A stretch of 64,000 nucleotides of DNA from an uncultured Gammaproteobacteria bacterium (GTDB taxonomy: Bacteria; Pseudomonadota; Gammaproteobacteria; CAWCPV01), in the NCBI GenBank assembly GCA_963797555.1, contig CAWCPV010000015.1:1-64000 (forward strand). The letters are read 5' to 3'. The notes under the pieces are model-generated. The model made no database searches. It was not told the origin of the DNA and saw nothing but the letters and a program-made list of their open reading frames with translations. Positions 53,385 through 64,000 of this stretch are shown in pieces (positions within the stretch are counted from its first letter, which is position 1; every line of letters begins with the position of its first letter). The position numbers and the translations under genes were made by a program.

Positions 53385-56000
53385 TCACACGTCCGGCCCG
53401 AACTTGAAGTTGAACTCCCTGAATGGCTCGAACATGTTGCTATCGGTCGGCACCGGCAACGGGGCCGACCCGCGGATGGCGGCCAAGGCGGAACGGTCAA
53501 ACGCATCATTGCCGCTGCTCCGTTCGACCTTCACGTCCGTGACCTCGCCGCCGGGCTGCACGCGGACACGCACCACGCACGACAGTCCCGGCGGCACGCC
53601 GAAAGGTTCCTGCCAGTTCCGTTGGACCGTGGCCCGAATGCGGTCATTATACTGGCTCAGGATATGCTGGGTCTGTCGCACCGGCTGCCTTGCCAACGAC
53701 TGCTCCTTGATCCGCCATAGTCGAATACCGCCAGTTTCAGGATTCGAGAAGGCAAAAGTCTTGCTGTCGGGGGCGAAGGCGATGCGCTTCTGGCAGCACC
53801 CAGTTTCCCTGAGGTCAAATAGGAGACGTCCATCAGCTACCCGCCACAAGCGCAGTACGGTTGGCGTGCCAGTGTACTTGTCATTGACAATACCCTGATA
53901 ATAATCTAATAATTGACCGTCGGCGAAGCCCAGGAGCATTGTGCCGTCCGGACTGAAAGCCAGCTCGGTGCCCTCCAGGCGGTAAGAGCCGGATGGAAGA
54001 AAGTCCAATTGATGCAGGCTGCGGCCGTCGCTCATTTGCTGGAGCTCTATGAAGTGCCTGTTGTCGTCATTTCCTCCATGCTGTTTCCACACGGCGCGGT
54101 ACCTCCCGCCCGGTGAAACTTGCGCCTGACGCCCTCGCACCCAAGAAATGGAGAAGTCTTTTTCATCCTCTTTCCTGACATCGGTCAGGCGTCCGTCGCT
54201 GAGCCGCCATAGTTGGGTCTCGGTCCGGAACCTGACAGCAATTTCGCGCGCACCCCGGCTGAACCGAATCTCATGGATCTCCTCATACGGTCGGTTTACG
54301 TCGATGGTATGTGCCAAGCTGCCGTCTGTCGTCCGCCAAAGCTTGATTGTGCTCTTCTGGCCTACCGTAGCCAGTGCAACGAGTTGTCCGTTGGGACTGT
54401 AGGTGAACGCGGTGGGCCGATCCCCGCAAGGGTACCCAGTTTTTGGAGGTAACGAGATGGTAAGAAGAATGCGTCCGCTCGCGACATCAAAAAAAACTGG
54501 ATCCCCAGATTACAACCGTACGCAACAGCCAGGGTGCCCGCGTCGGGACTGAAGGCGAGAGCATCCGCTTCGCCCAGCGTCCTAAATTGTTTATCGGGTG
54601 GCCATGTGGTACTAATGCGCTTCTCAGGCGGTGGTGGAGCGACGCCGGGAGGTTGCATTGGGTACTGTGCCCGGCGCACCGGCTGCGGTTTATTACCAAT
54701 TGTGTAGATGACTCCGATAACCAATGCGACCACGACCAAGCCCACGAGGCGCGGCCAAGTGGCTTTGGGCTGAGGAGGTGCTGGGGTGGGAGGAGGTTTA
54801 GGAGTCTGCCTGGGGACTAGGCCGGGCGCGGGCGCCGGGCGGGTCGGCGGAAGCTGAGGTTGTGGGGGCTGGACTTGCGCGGCGGGTGTGGGCTGCGCAG
54901 CCAAGGTAGATACGGTGGTGGGCGGTCGGAATCGGGTTCGCACCACGAGGGGCTCGAGGACCTGGATCCACTGCCTGTAGCTCGCCCGGGCGTTACGGCT
55001 TATGGCATCCGCACCCTTCCAGAAGGTCGCTTCAAAGGGGCGCTTTAGGGAGTCCTGGGTAGCCGCGTAGGTCTGGCGGTAGTGGGCGTAGAACTCGCTG
55101 TTGTCCGCTTCGAAGTTGTCGTAGGACGGATCGACCTCCGGCCAGCGATAGCGGGAAACATAAGCTTCGAGCTCCCTCGGACCCAGGACATGGAGGTAGA
55201 AGTAGGGGAAGCAAGCAAACAGAAAGTAGTGCACCCCGACCGCCACGGACCAGGTGTCCGTGAGCAGGTCCACGGTCACAGTGCTCTGCCCGTCGGATGC
55301 CTGACTCCGTTGCGCGTTGATCTCTGGCGCCACCCACTCGTCGCCCTTGCCGAAGGTGGTGGGCGCATCCTCCGGGCGATCGACCACCACCCCGCTGTCA
55401 TAGTCGATCAGGACCAAGTGCCCATCGGTTCAAATTGACGAACAAATTCGGTGGGTTGACGTCGGCGTGGATGTAGTACAGCTCGCGGAGGATGGCGAAG
55501 CACTCCGCCAGCTCCAGCGCCAACTGGCGCTTGAGGTTGCTGTCAAGATGCAGGAACTCCCGGAAGCGGTGGTCCAGGCGGTGGTCCAGGATGTCCTCGA
55601 AGCTGGTGAAGTAGCTCGGGTCGAGCCAATGGGCGGCGTACCCCAGCACCGACTGATGACCCAGTTGTCCTTCGAAGCTGAACTGAGGCAAGGCGTACAG
55701 ACCCGGAACCGCAGCGAGTGACTTGCCCTCGCGGGCCAGCTCCTCCTGCTTGCTGCGGACCCGTGCCTGGAGTTTGCGAATCGTCTCGTAGCTGCGCCGG
55801 TCGTTGCCTCCCGGGTCGGGCTTGAAGAGCTTGATCACCAGAGCCACCGGCGGGGATGCATTGTTCACCGCCAGGCATCGGTAAATCTGTCCGAAACCCC
55901 CTTCGCTGAAGGGCCGCGCGTCAATCTCGACGGATTGCAACTGCTCCCAGCCAGCCGTGAGACCGCTACTCTGCGATTGCGTGATTCGAATGGCAGGCAT
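53385..56000 (-). CDS. Ser/Thr kinase-TM-WD40-TolA/TonB C-terminal domain protein (copy A), frameshifts near 55426 and 54492
   Basis: Same kinase as copy B; AFSPD/IKLW/LRLW WD40 repeats; C-terminal RATVQRNW..VRVQPGGEV..SSGNDAFDRSALAAI..APLPVP. Confidence 0.8.
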
Positions 56001-56007
56001 TACATGG
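54875..56007. repeat. Near-identical ~1.13 kb direct repeat, copy A (kinase domain)
   Basis: Matches 51089-52221. Confidence 0.95.
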
Positions 56008-56094
56008 CGGGCGGGGGGGAGTGGGCCGACCCCGGTTTACGCAGGCCGCTAGGGAGAGATGCCAGGCTAGGCTGTACCATCCCAGGTCGGAGAA

Positions 56095-57039
56095 TCATTC
56101 ATCTTGCCGCGGGGGCAAACCCGGGCGCCGCCGCCCAGCCTGGTAACGCACCGTCGGCGCGGTGACGATCACGCCCAAGGACGCATCGTCGTCCAGCAAA
56201 TGCTCGGTCCGGAGCTCGTCGGCATAGGCCCTGAGGGCGGCACTCAAGGCGCCATCGGTCGTGTTCTCGGGCAGGGAGAAGAACCCATTGAGCGTGGCGA
56301 AGAAACGCAACATCGGGGGTTCCATTTTGATCCATGTGGTACCGTCCTTGGTGCGCCCGACGTTAACCTGATCATGGGAAAAGATGCCGTCCGTGCACGT
56401 CATCACAATGTCTCCGTACTCAAAGTCTTTGCCCAAGCAGAGAATTGCCGGCTGAGCTTCCTCGTCGCGCGCGGAAATGGAGATCATGCGGTACAGTGCC
56501 TCTTTGCCCATCTCATTCTGCACTGTGTGTGGGTTGAGGTAGTTCAGAGCGTTCCACGGGGCGTAATGGTTTGGTGAGAGATCGTTGAAGTTGCCCCGAA
56601 GGTGCCAGAGGCCGCCATTGCCCACGTAGCCCAGCCACAACTCCGCCATGCTTTCTACGGCCACGATTAAAGTGGTGCCGAAGCTCTGCTCGGGGTCCAC
56701 CTGGATCCCCTCCCGCGCGCAGTACTCTGCCGCCTTCTGCTTGACGTGCACCCGGGCCTGGGCGAAAAGCTGCCGCAGAGTGCAAGCATCCATGCCCGGT
56801 ACCCCGGCGATGCTGGCAGCCGCTGCCTCAACTGCCCACTGAGCGCCGAGCCCAGCGTGCGCCTGCGAGCCCAAGCCGTCGGCGACAATTACCGCCCGCA
56901 GGCCGCACCTCGGATTGTCCGCCGTGGCAACCGCGTCCTGGTTCTCGCTCGGGTCCTTCCTGTAGGTGGTTGAGGCTACGCCTATGAGAGAGGAAGGGGA
57001 CTCCATCTGCATCGCCACTGTCCGCCGCCGCTTAAACAC
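56095..57039 (-). CDS. PP2C-family protein phosphatase
   Basis: ENQDA, VADGLGS, GTTL, CTDG, DDAS. Confidence 0.88.
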   Translation of the reverse strand: MFKRRRTVAMQMESPSSLIGVASTTYRKDPSENQDAVATADNPRCGLRAVIVADGLGSQAHAGLGAQWAVEAAAASIAGVPGMDACTLRQLFAQARVHVKQKAAEYCAREGIQVDPEQSFGTTLIVAVESMAELWLGYVGNGGLWHLRGNFNDLSPNHYAPWNALNYLNPHTVQNEMGKEALYRMISISARDEEAQPAILCLGKDFEYGDIVMTCTDGIFSHDQVNVGRTKDGTTWIKMEPPMLRFFATLNGFFSLPENTTDGALSAALRAYADELRTEHLLDDDASLGVIVTAPTVRYQAGRRRPGLPPRQDE

Positions 57040-57082
57040 GTCGCTTAACCGGTGATAATGGGGTCGGCATCGAAATCGTGTC

Positions 57083-57741
57083 TCAGGCGATTTTCACGTT
57101 CTTGCCCGAAGAGACCGATTCGATGAAGAATTTCCGCAGGTCTTCGTCCCGGTAAGTGGTCCGGTAGCGCAGAGGCGAACTCGCCAGATCCTGAAGGAGG
57201 GCCTCGGCCTCAGTGTCCTTCTGGCCGACAGCCGCAAAGAGCGTGGTGCACAGGGTGATCTTCAGGTTCTGTTTGACTCCTGTGCCACCGTTCTGGGGTC
57301 GCCGCCGCTCATACCGTCGGACATGACGACGATGACCACGCTGCGGGGCACCGACTCGGTGCTCGATCCCGAGAGAAACTGCTGCGCAACCCCCTCGGCA
57401 CAGCGCAAGGCCACCCCAATGTCGGTTCCCCCACCGTGGCCGATCATGGGGTTGTAGTTCGCATAGTCGTCGATGTCCTTAACAGAGCTCGCCGGAGTGT
57501 GGACGGTGGCGCTGGTGTCAAACGTCACTACCGCGATGGAGAAGTTCGACTTCACACGGCTCTTCTTGAGCAGGCCCAACAGTTCCTTGACAGCCTGCTC
57601 CACCATCTGCGCCTTACTGACTTTGCTGGCGGTCATCTCGCCCATGGACCCGCTGCCGTCGAGCACGAGAATACCGAGCTGGCGGAAGGTGGCGGGCACA
57701 ACGGGAGGAGCATCAAAGTCTGTGACCAATTGGTCTTTCAT
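57083..57741 (-). CDS. vWA-domain protein (TerY-like), frameshift near 57277
   Basis: LDGSGSM MIDAS, GGGTDIG, MSDG; shifted frame continues KQNLKITLCT...LRKFFIESVS to TGA at 57083. Confidence 0.8.
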
Positions 57742-57871
57742 GGGTTTCTCCGAAGAATAGCAAATTCAAAGACTCCAGAAGATATTAGCGCCCGCGGGCT
57801 CGTGACGCTCTCGGGTCACGTTGCCTGGTTTCTTTGAATCAACGCATTCATTGCTTGTAGGCGCGCGGTAT

Positions 57872-57900
57872 CTTGTAGCATCATCGCGTTACGCGTGCAA
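57872..57900 (-). promoter_or_regulatory. Possible sigma70 promoter of the vWA-PP2C-kinase operon
   Basis: TTGCAC-17 nt-TACAAG with a TG extension on the minus strand. Confidence 0.35.
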
Positions 57901-58219
57901 GCCAGTCAGCAGTCTCGTGTGGATAGCGCAGACGCGGAACGCCCAAGACCGAAACGCCCCGTGCGGCTCAGGCCCCAGAAACTCAGAGCGGCGCCTTGGT
58001 CGCTGATGAGATCCGAGAGGTTCTCGATAGCCTCGGACATCCGGTAGTCGTGGACCATCGGATGGAGCTTGCAGGTGTCACGAACGGTTCCGAGCACGTC
58101 AACCCCCGAGTTCCAGTGTACACGCCATTGCGCGTGGTTCCTCCGCTCCTGGGGCGGGTCGCCCTCCGTCATCGAGCGATGCGATGAATCGTCTGCTGCT
58201 GGTCCGCAGTCTTTCGGTC

Positions 58220-58344
58220 GCAGCGCCGCTCACCTGATTGCGCAGCGCACGGCGCTTGAGCCAAATGTCGAGGGTTTCCCGGCCGCAAGCGAATCCCGCG
58301 CAGTCATGGCGATCGGTCAACGGTTCCGGCGCACCGATCGTCAC
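58220..58344 (-). pseudogene. Truncated GNAT toxin (TacT/AtaT-like)
   Basis: PEPLTDRHDCAGFACGRETLDIWLKRRALRNQ, then similarity is lost. Confidence 0.75.
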
Positions 58345-58631
58345 CCCTTCTCCCAGGGCGGCACGGTCTGCATGGTCTTGCGCAGCCGCTCGTTGGGTTG
58401 CGGCGGGGCCTCGAGCCGTGCCTGGAAGGCGGCGAAGGCTGCGGCGCCAACGCGCAACAGCGCGCGATCGAGCACGGCCTCCTCGGCGGCCCGACGCGTG
58501 GCGTCGAGGATGAACTCGGTGCGGTTCTTGCCCGTAGCGCGGGCGGCACGGTCGATCAGGTCGCGTTCCTCTGGCTTGATACGCAGGTTGAGGGTCTGGC
58601 GCTTGCTGGGTGGTTCGTGGACTGTCGACAT
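58341..58631 (-). CDS. DUF1778 antitoxin (TacA-like)
   Basis: LNLRI..ERDLIDRAA..TEFIL..AEEAVLD..PNERL..PW. Confidence 0.9.
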   Translation of the reverse strand: MSTVHEPPSKRQTLNLRIKPEERDLIDRAARATGKNRTEFILDATRRAAEEAVLDRALLRVGAAAFAAFQARLEAPPQPNERLRKTMQTVPPWEKG

Positions 58632-58667
58632 GGCTTCTCTCCGGTTTCCTCCGATACTACCAGCCGC

Positions 58668-58686
58668 GTAACGACATTGTCACTAC
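58668..58686. promoter_or_regulatory. Palindromic operator upstream of the DUF1778 antitoxin
   Basis: GTAacGACAtTGTCacTAC imperfect inverted repeat. Confidence 0.5.
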
Positions 58687-58692
58687 AGGCGG

Positions 58693-58806
58693 GTACGTCG
58701 GGCTGGGCGCGCTTGTGAGTAGCCGGAGTATTTCGATATGAGCCGGCGCGCCGTAAGCCGATGCTTGCCAGGGATGTCGGGTTACGCTGCGCTAACCCGA
58801 CCTACG
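58693..58806. repeat. GTAG-family REP doublet (REPIN-like), copy 1
   Basis: GTACGTCGGGCTGGGCGCG...GTCGGGTTACGCTGCGCTAACCCGACCTAC. Confidence 0.75.
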
Positions 58807-59030
58807 GCTTGCGCCCCGAGGAGGCTTGGTGGCTGTTCGGCATGACCGCCCTCGCGACGGGCGGCATCAATGATGCGGACAAGGGTTGGCGGGTTGCGCT
58901 GTGCTAGGCGCTGGGCGACGTGGCCCAGAACGGGCTGATCAAGCGGCGGCGCCTGGCGGCGAAGGAGGGGCAGGGCGGGCATACGGCACTGCCGTTGTTC
59001 GAGGATTGAATTCCTCCAGAGAAGGCAAGA

Positions 59031-59064
59031 TTGACTCGCCTGAGAGTCCCAACCAATATGGTTG
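59031..59064 (+). promoter_or_regulatory. TA promoter with overlapping operator
   Basis: TTGACT -35 box and CAACCA-ata-TGGTTG palindrome over the -10 region. Confidence 0.5.
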
Positions 59065-59085
59065 CAACCAGCGAGGTATATTTCC

Positions 59086-59370
59086 ATGCCTTCCCTCACC
59101 TTGAAAGACATTCCGATGCCCCTGATGGAACGGCTGCGCGCACGCGCCGCGGAGGATCAGCGGAGCCTGAATCGGGAAGCCATCTGGCTGCTGGAGCAGG
59201 CCCTGGAGCCATCCGGCGATGCCGCGCTGCGTCTGCAGCAAGAATGCGAAGCCCAGGTTGCCGCCTGGAATGCGCTGGCTGGACGCTGGCAGGGAACCGA
59301 GGAAGAAACGGATGCGGTGGTCGAAGACATCTACCAATCCCGCACCCGGGGTCGAGAGATCACGCTTTGA
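59086..59370 (+). CDS. FitA-like RHH antitoxin
   Basis: MPSLTLKDIP..ERLRARA..RSLNRE. Confidence 0.85.
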   Translation: MPSLTLKDIPMPLMERLRARAAEDQRSLNREAIWLLEQALEPSGDAALRLQQECEAQVAAWNALAGRWQGTEEETDAVVEDIYQSRTRGREITL

Positions 59371-59777
59371 AGCTGCTGGATACGGACGTTTGCATCGAGA
59401 TCCTGCGCGGCAACCCACGGGTTCTGCAACAGCGCACCGCTATCCCGGACCGGATCGCCACGACCTGGATCACAGCCTGCGAGCTGGCCTACGGTGCAGC
59501 CAATTCCCGGCACCCGAAAGAAAAGCAGACCCTGGTGACGGAATTCCGGTCCACGCTGCCGCTCGTTGACTTCAACCTGGCCAGCGCACTGCTCTTCGGG
59601 AGCCATAAGGCACGCCTGCGTCGGGGTGGAGCGTCCGTCGCGGATGCGGACCTGATGATCGCTTCGATTGCCCTCGCCCACGGTGCGACCCTGGTCACTG
59701 GCAATACCCGTCATTAGGAGCGGTCCGATGGTTTGCTGTTGGAGAACTGGATACGCGAGCCGCCGCGGGAGCGGTAG
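59367..59777 (+). pseudogene. VapC/PIN toxin with in-frame TAG at 59715
   Basis: LLDTDVCI, ELAYG, DLMIASIA, LVTGNTRH*ERSDGLLLENW. Confidence 0.8.
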
Positions 59778-59846
59778 CGCCCGCTGCGGGAACCAATCGC
59801 CCGCGATGAATCGACCTGCCGACCATACCAGTGCGGCTCGAAACAT

Positions 59847-59940
59847 TGCAGGTAAAGCGCGACGCCATCACTGCGGCGGGAAAAGAGTTCGGTGCCCGAC
59901 GCATTCGCGTGTTCGGCTCGGCGGCACGCGGGGACCGCCA
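59847..59940 (+). pseudogene. MNT nucleotidyltransferase N-terminal fragment
   Basis: LQVKRDAITAAGKEFGARRIRVFGSAARGD, then truncated. Confidence 0.65.
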
Positions 59941-60023
59941 CCTTCGGCCTTATGTGCGGGTGGAGGCCGTAGACCTGTGAGCAAGCCATGGAGCCCTGCG
60001 CACTGCACATTCTCGACAGACGG

Positions 60024-60136
60024 GTAGGTCGGGTTAGGCGCGCTTGCGAGTGGCCGGAGTATTTGGATGGCTGCGACGCGCGCCGTAACCCGACGCTTGC
60101 CGTGGATGTCGGGTTACGCTGCGCTAACCCGACCTG
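60024..60136. repeat. GTAG-family REP doublet (REPIN-like), copy 2
   Basis: GTAGGTCGGGTTAGGCGCG...CGTAACCCGAC...GTCGGGTTACGCTGCGCTAACCCGACCTGC; homologous to 58693-58806. Confidence 0.75.
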
Positions 60137-60157
60137 CCATCTGCCTCCGTTCGACAC

Positions 60158-60940
60158 ATGAATAGCGACCTGCGCGACCAGAGCACCATCCTCGACGCAC
60201 TGAATCGCCTGGCGTTCCGCCGGCCTCGGTAGCCCTGTACATTGATGCCGATAATCAGTCTCACCAATGCGCGAAGGGACTGCTGAGCGTGTTTCGGGAG
60301 GATCTCGACACCCGCGTCGTTAGCGCCACCATTGCCGGGAACAATCATGGCAAACAGATCGACAGATGGCGCGACGAACTGGTCGCCGCGCTTCCCGACC
60401 TCGTGGTGCACCCGCTCGCCGCGCCTGACCGCAAGCAGGCGGCGGATGTTGCCCTGCTGATGGCGTTGGGGGCTGACCTGGAACGGCATATCTGCGAGGG
60501 CGAGGTGGTGGTGATCGTTTCCTGGGATGAGCTATTGATCGGCGCCGCCGAACAGATCAAGGCGCGCGGCTGCAGGACCTTGATCGCTTACGCGGACGGC
60601 GAGATCCCGCCGGCCCGCAATCCACACCTGACGACCCTGCTGCTGCCCGCTTTGGCGAAACCGGTCTCGGTCCCTCGTGCGGCGCCGGTCGTCGCCCGGC
60701 GGCTACCGAGACCGCGCCTGCGCGGCTGCCGGACCGGGCTCCCGACGGCGCCGTCGCGTCGGTGCTCGCACAGCTCGCGGCATGTGTACGCAGCAGCCGG
60801 GTGGGGGCTATGGCGCTTCGGATGTGGGCCAAGCCCTGTCGAAGCTCGGCTACGACAAAGCGGCGCGAGCCCGCTTCCTTGCGTCGGTGCCTGGCCTCCG
60901 TGTGCGCGGCACTGGCCCGAACAAAGTCTTGGAGTTCTGA
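60158..60940 (+). pseudogene. NYN-domain (PIN-like) protein with C-terminal LOTUS/HTH-like domain, two frameshifts
   Basis: ALYIDADN, KQAADVAL, IVSWD; C-terminal ASDVGQALSK..FLASVPG in another frame. Confidence 0.65.
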
Positions 60941-61545
60941 GACGGTCGAGGAATCCGGCGCCGCACCTAGCCAGTTTCGTCAGCCGATAACCCAGCAATT
61001 CCCGGGGGTAGACGAGATTGTCCAGATGCGATTCGAGCCTCGAAATAACATCCTCAAGACCGTAACGTGGACCTGGCGCCGTGGAATCTGAAGATCGCCC
61101 AACTGCGCGAGACGCGGATGCTCGGGCGCTGGAACGAGCGGTCCATGGAGGCACGAGTCGCTGCTGAACCGGGAGCGCTATCGGCGCTTGGATGTCTTCT
61201 TCGCCAGGGGGGCCAGGCAATCCGAGTCGCACCGGACAGCGTGATTCGGTCGCTCCTCGCCGGGCGCCTCGCTGTCGGGCCACTCGCGACGATTTCTTCA
61301 CAGGCTCAGAACAGTTCGTTTCTATTGACCAATCTCAAGGAACGTTAGACTATGATTTGCCGCCTAAGGGGTGGGGATCGCGAAATCTCTTTTCCATAGG
61401 CGCTGATAGGGGGAAATCGGAGTCCAGAGTGGGGAGCTGCCTTCGTGCAACTCTTTGATGGAATCCGTTTTCTCGCCGCTCATCGCCTCCAGGCAGCCAA
61501 GACGATGCCATATAAGACACTAACTCACCAGAGGAGACCAACAGG

Positions 61546-62523
<978 letters not shown>

Positions 62524-62528
62524 AGTAC

Positions 62529-62562
62529 GCGGGGTGCCCGCATCCTGGTGCGGGCACCCCGC
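62529..62562. terminator. 14-bp GC hairpin after the Met-rich gene
   Basis: GCGGGGTGCCCGCA-tcctgg-TGCGGGCACCCCGC; no U-tract. Confidence 0.5.
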
Positions 62563-62859
62563 CGATGGCTGAGGCACGCTCGTACCGAGGGGGTTCGGCT
62601 GACTGCTTAACGGTCACTGTGTCCCGTGCCGCAGGGCATTATGTCCTCTGCGCGCGTTGCTGCGCGGGTGTTGGCGCCGGCGCGGAGGATGCCTCGTGTC
62701 ACTTCCGCTCGACGCCGTCCCCGCATCCCCGATAAATAAGGCGACGCCGCGTTCCGGCAGCACGAGCCCTTGCCCCAGCCTCCCTGTTCATCCGCATGCG
62801 CATGCGGCTGCGCCCTCGAGATTCCGAGCGAAGGCCGCGCCCGGACATCGCCCAGCGCA

Positions 62860-62987
62860 CAGGGGTCGATAGTCCTCCACAGGGCGTCGGCGCTGTGGTT
62901 CCAGCTCCAACGCACATCCAGGGCCAGCTCCGCGAGGCCCGCCAACGGCTCGGGCAAGGGACGCAGGAAATAATGGGCAGGATGCAT
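62860..62987 (-). pseudogene. Alpha-glucan phosphorylase N-terminal (DUF3417) fragment
   Basis: LPEPLAGLAELALDVRWSWNHSADALWRTIDP, then similarity is lost. Confidence 0.7.
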
Positions 62988-63279
62988 AGGGTCCCCTCCG
63001 CCGAGAGCCTGTGAATCAATCCGCTGCGCTTTCCGACAGGGCGTTGCGCGGTGTTCATGGCGTACCTCCCTTTACGCCACCCCTTCGGGGTGTCCTGCGG
63101 ACGTGCCGAATGGCTGTCCTGCCATTCGGTCGCTCGTCGCCTTTCGACTCGATGTGTCTCGTCGCCGCGCGCCGTGCGCCTCGCTCTCGGGCCGTCGGGA
63201 CGATGCCTTCACAAGCTTTGAGATCGCCCCGCCCGGGGCCACACGGTGCTCATCGCTCGGCGACCGATACGCTCGCCTG

Positions 63280-64000
63280 TCATGCCGGCCCGGCTTCCGC
63301 CTCGGCTAGCGCGACGGTAGCCGCGATCAGCGACAGGTGGGTGAGGCCTTGGGGAAAGTTGCCGAGCATCTCCCGGCTGCGCGTGTCGTACTCCTCCGCA
63401 AACAGGCTCAGGTCATTGCCGGTGGCGACCGCTTTGCGGAACACCTCATGGGCCTCGTCCACCCTTCCCTGGCGCGCCAGGCATTCGACGAGCCAGAAGG
63501 AGCAAGCGAGGAACACGCCTTCCCGGCCCGGCAGACCGTCGTCGTCGGGAGCATAACGCCGCAGCAATCCGTCCTCTGCCAGCCCGGACCGGACCGAGTC
63601 CGTGGTGCGGATCATGCGCGGGTCCTGATACTCCACAAAGCCGACGATGGGCAGGAGCAGCAAGGCCGCGTCCATCCGGGGACGGTCGAAGGCTTGGATG
63701 AAGACCCCGCGCTCGCGGCATCGTAGCCCTTCTCTTCCACTGCACGCCGTATCTCGTCGCGGGTGCGCTTCCAGTCCTCTACGGAGCGTCCCGTCCCAGA
63801 TCCTCGGCAAGGCGGATCCCGCAGTCCAGCGCCGCCCAGCACATGGCCTTGGACTGGACGAAATGGCGGGGCTCGCCGCGCATCTCCCAGATCCCGCGGT
63901 CGGGCTCGCTCCAGAGCGCGGCTGCAGCGTTCACCAGCTCGACCAGGAATTCCCAGTAGTCGTCGTCCGGCGAGTGCCCCCGCTGGTGCCAGCGCCAGGC
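63280..64000 (-). CDS. Glycoside hydrolase family 15, C-terminal part (runs off the window; frameshifts near 63783 and 63715)
   Basis: PDRGIWEMRG, SKAMCW, EGVFLACSFW, GNFPQGLTH. Confidence 0.88.

Noticed and set aside
51089-56007. Repeat pair as a DGR template/variable region or as IS copies
   Set aside because: No reverse transcriptase or transposase, no adenine-specific mismatches; the repeat is simply the kinase domain.
59715-59717. TAG in VapC as pyrrolysine or stop-codon reassignment
   Set aside because: TAG ends several ribosomal genes here (tuf, rplB, rpsC) and no pyl genes are present; a nonsense mutation or sequencing error is more likely.
47500-61350. Integron cassette array explaining the TA density
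   Set aside because: No intI and no convincing paired RYYYAAC/GTTRRRY attC sites; only an isolated GTTAGAC near 61344.

Overview
High-GC DNA from a Gammaproteobacterium, judged from the ribosomal proteins and FimX. (1) 0.2-13.8 kb: a K+ channel, a secreted hypothetical protein, a FimX-like REC-PAS-GGDEF-EAL protein, and a signalling cluster of a Sel1/coiled-coil/caspase lipoprotein, a lipoprotein hydrolase, an autotransporter, a DUF928-like protein and a split CHASE2 adenylate cyclase. (2) 14.1-32.0 kb: an intact, contiguous str-S10-spc-alpha ribosomal operon (rpsL to rplQ, with fusA, tuf, secY and rpoA). (3) 32-47 kb: housekeeping and accessory genes, a small phage-like relic, and a three-gene operon of a MauG-like diheme enzyme, a Tat metallophosphoesterase and a SoxA/TsdA-like cytochrome. 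(4) 47.5-61 kb: a partly decayed defence/TA island. Its core is a TerY-P-type vWA-PP2C-kinase operon in which the kinase-TM module occurs twice (a ~1.13 kb near-identical repeat), each copy with a different extracytoplasmic domain. One of these is a WD40 propeller plus a TolA C-terminal domain. An unannotated 45-aa zinc-finger ORF lies between the copies. (5) 61.5-64 kb: a Gly/Met-repeat secreted protein, a glgP fragment and a partial GH15 gene. Many accessory genes are frameshifted; sequencing error cannot be excluded. No rRNA, tRNA or CRISPR array was seen. Family assignments come from motif recognition, not database searches.
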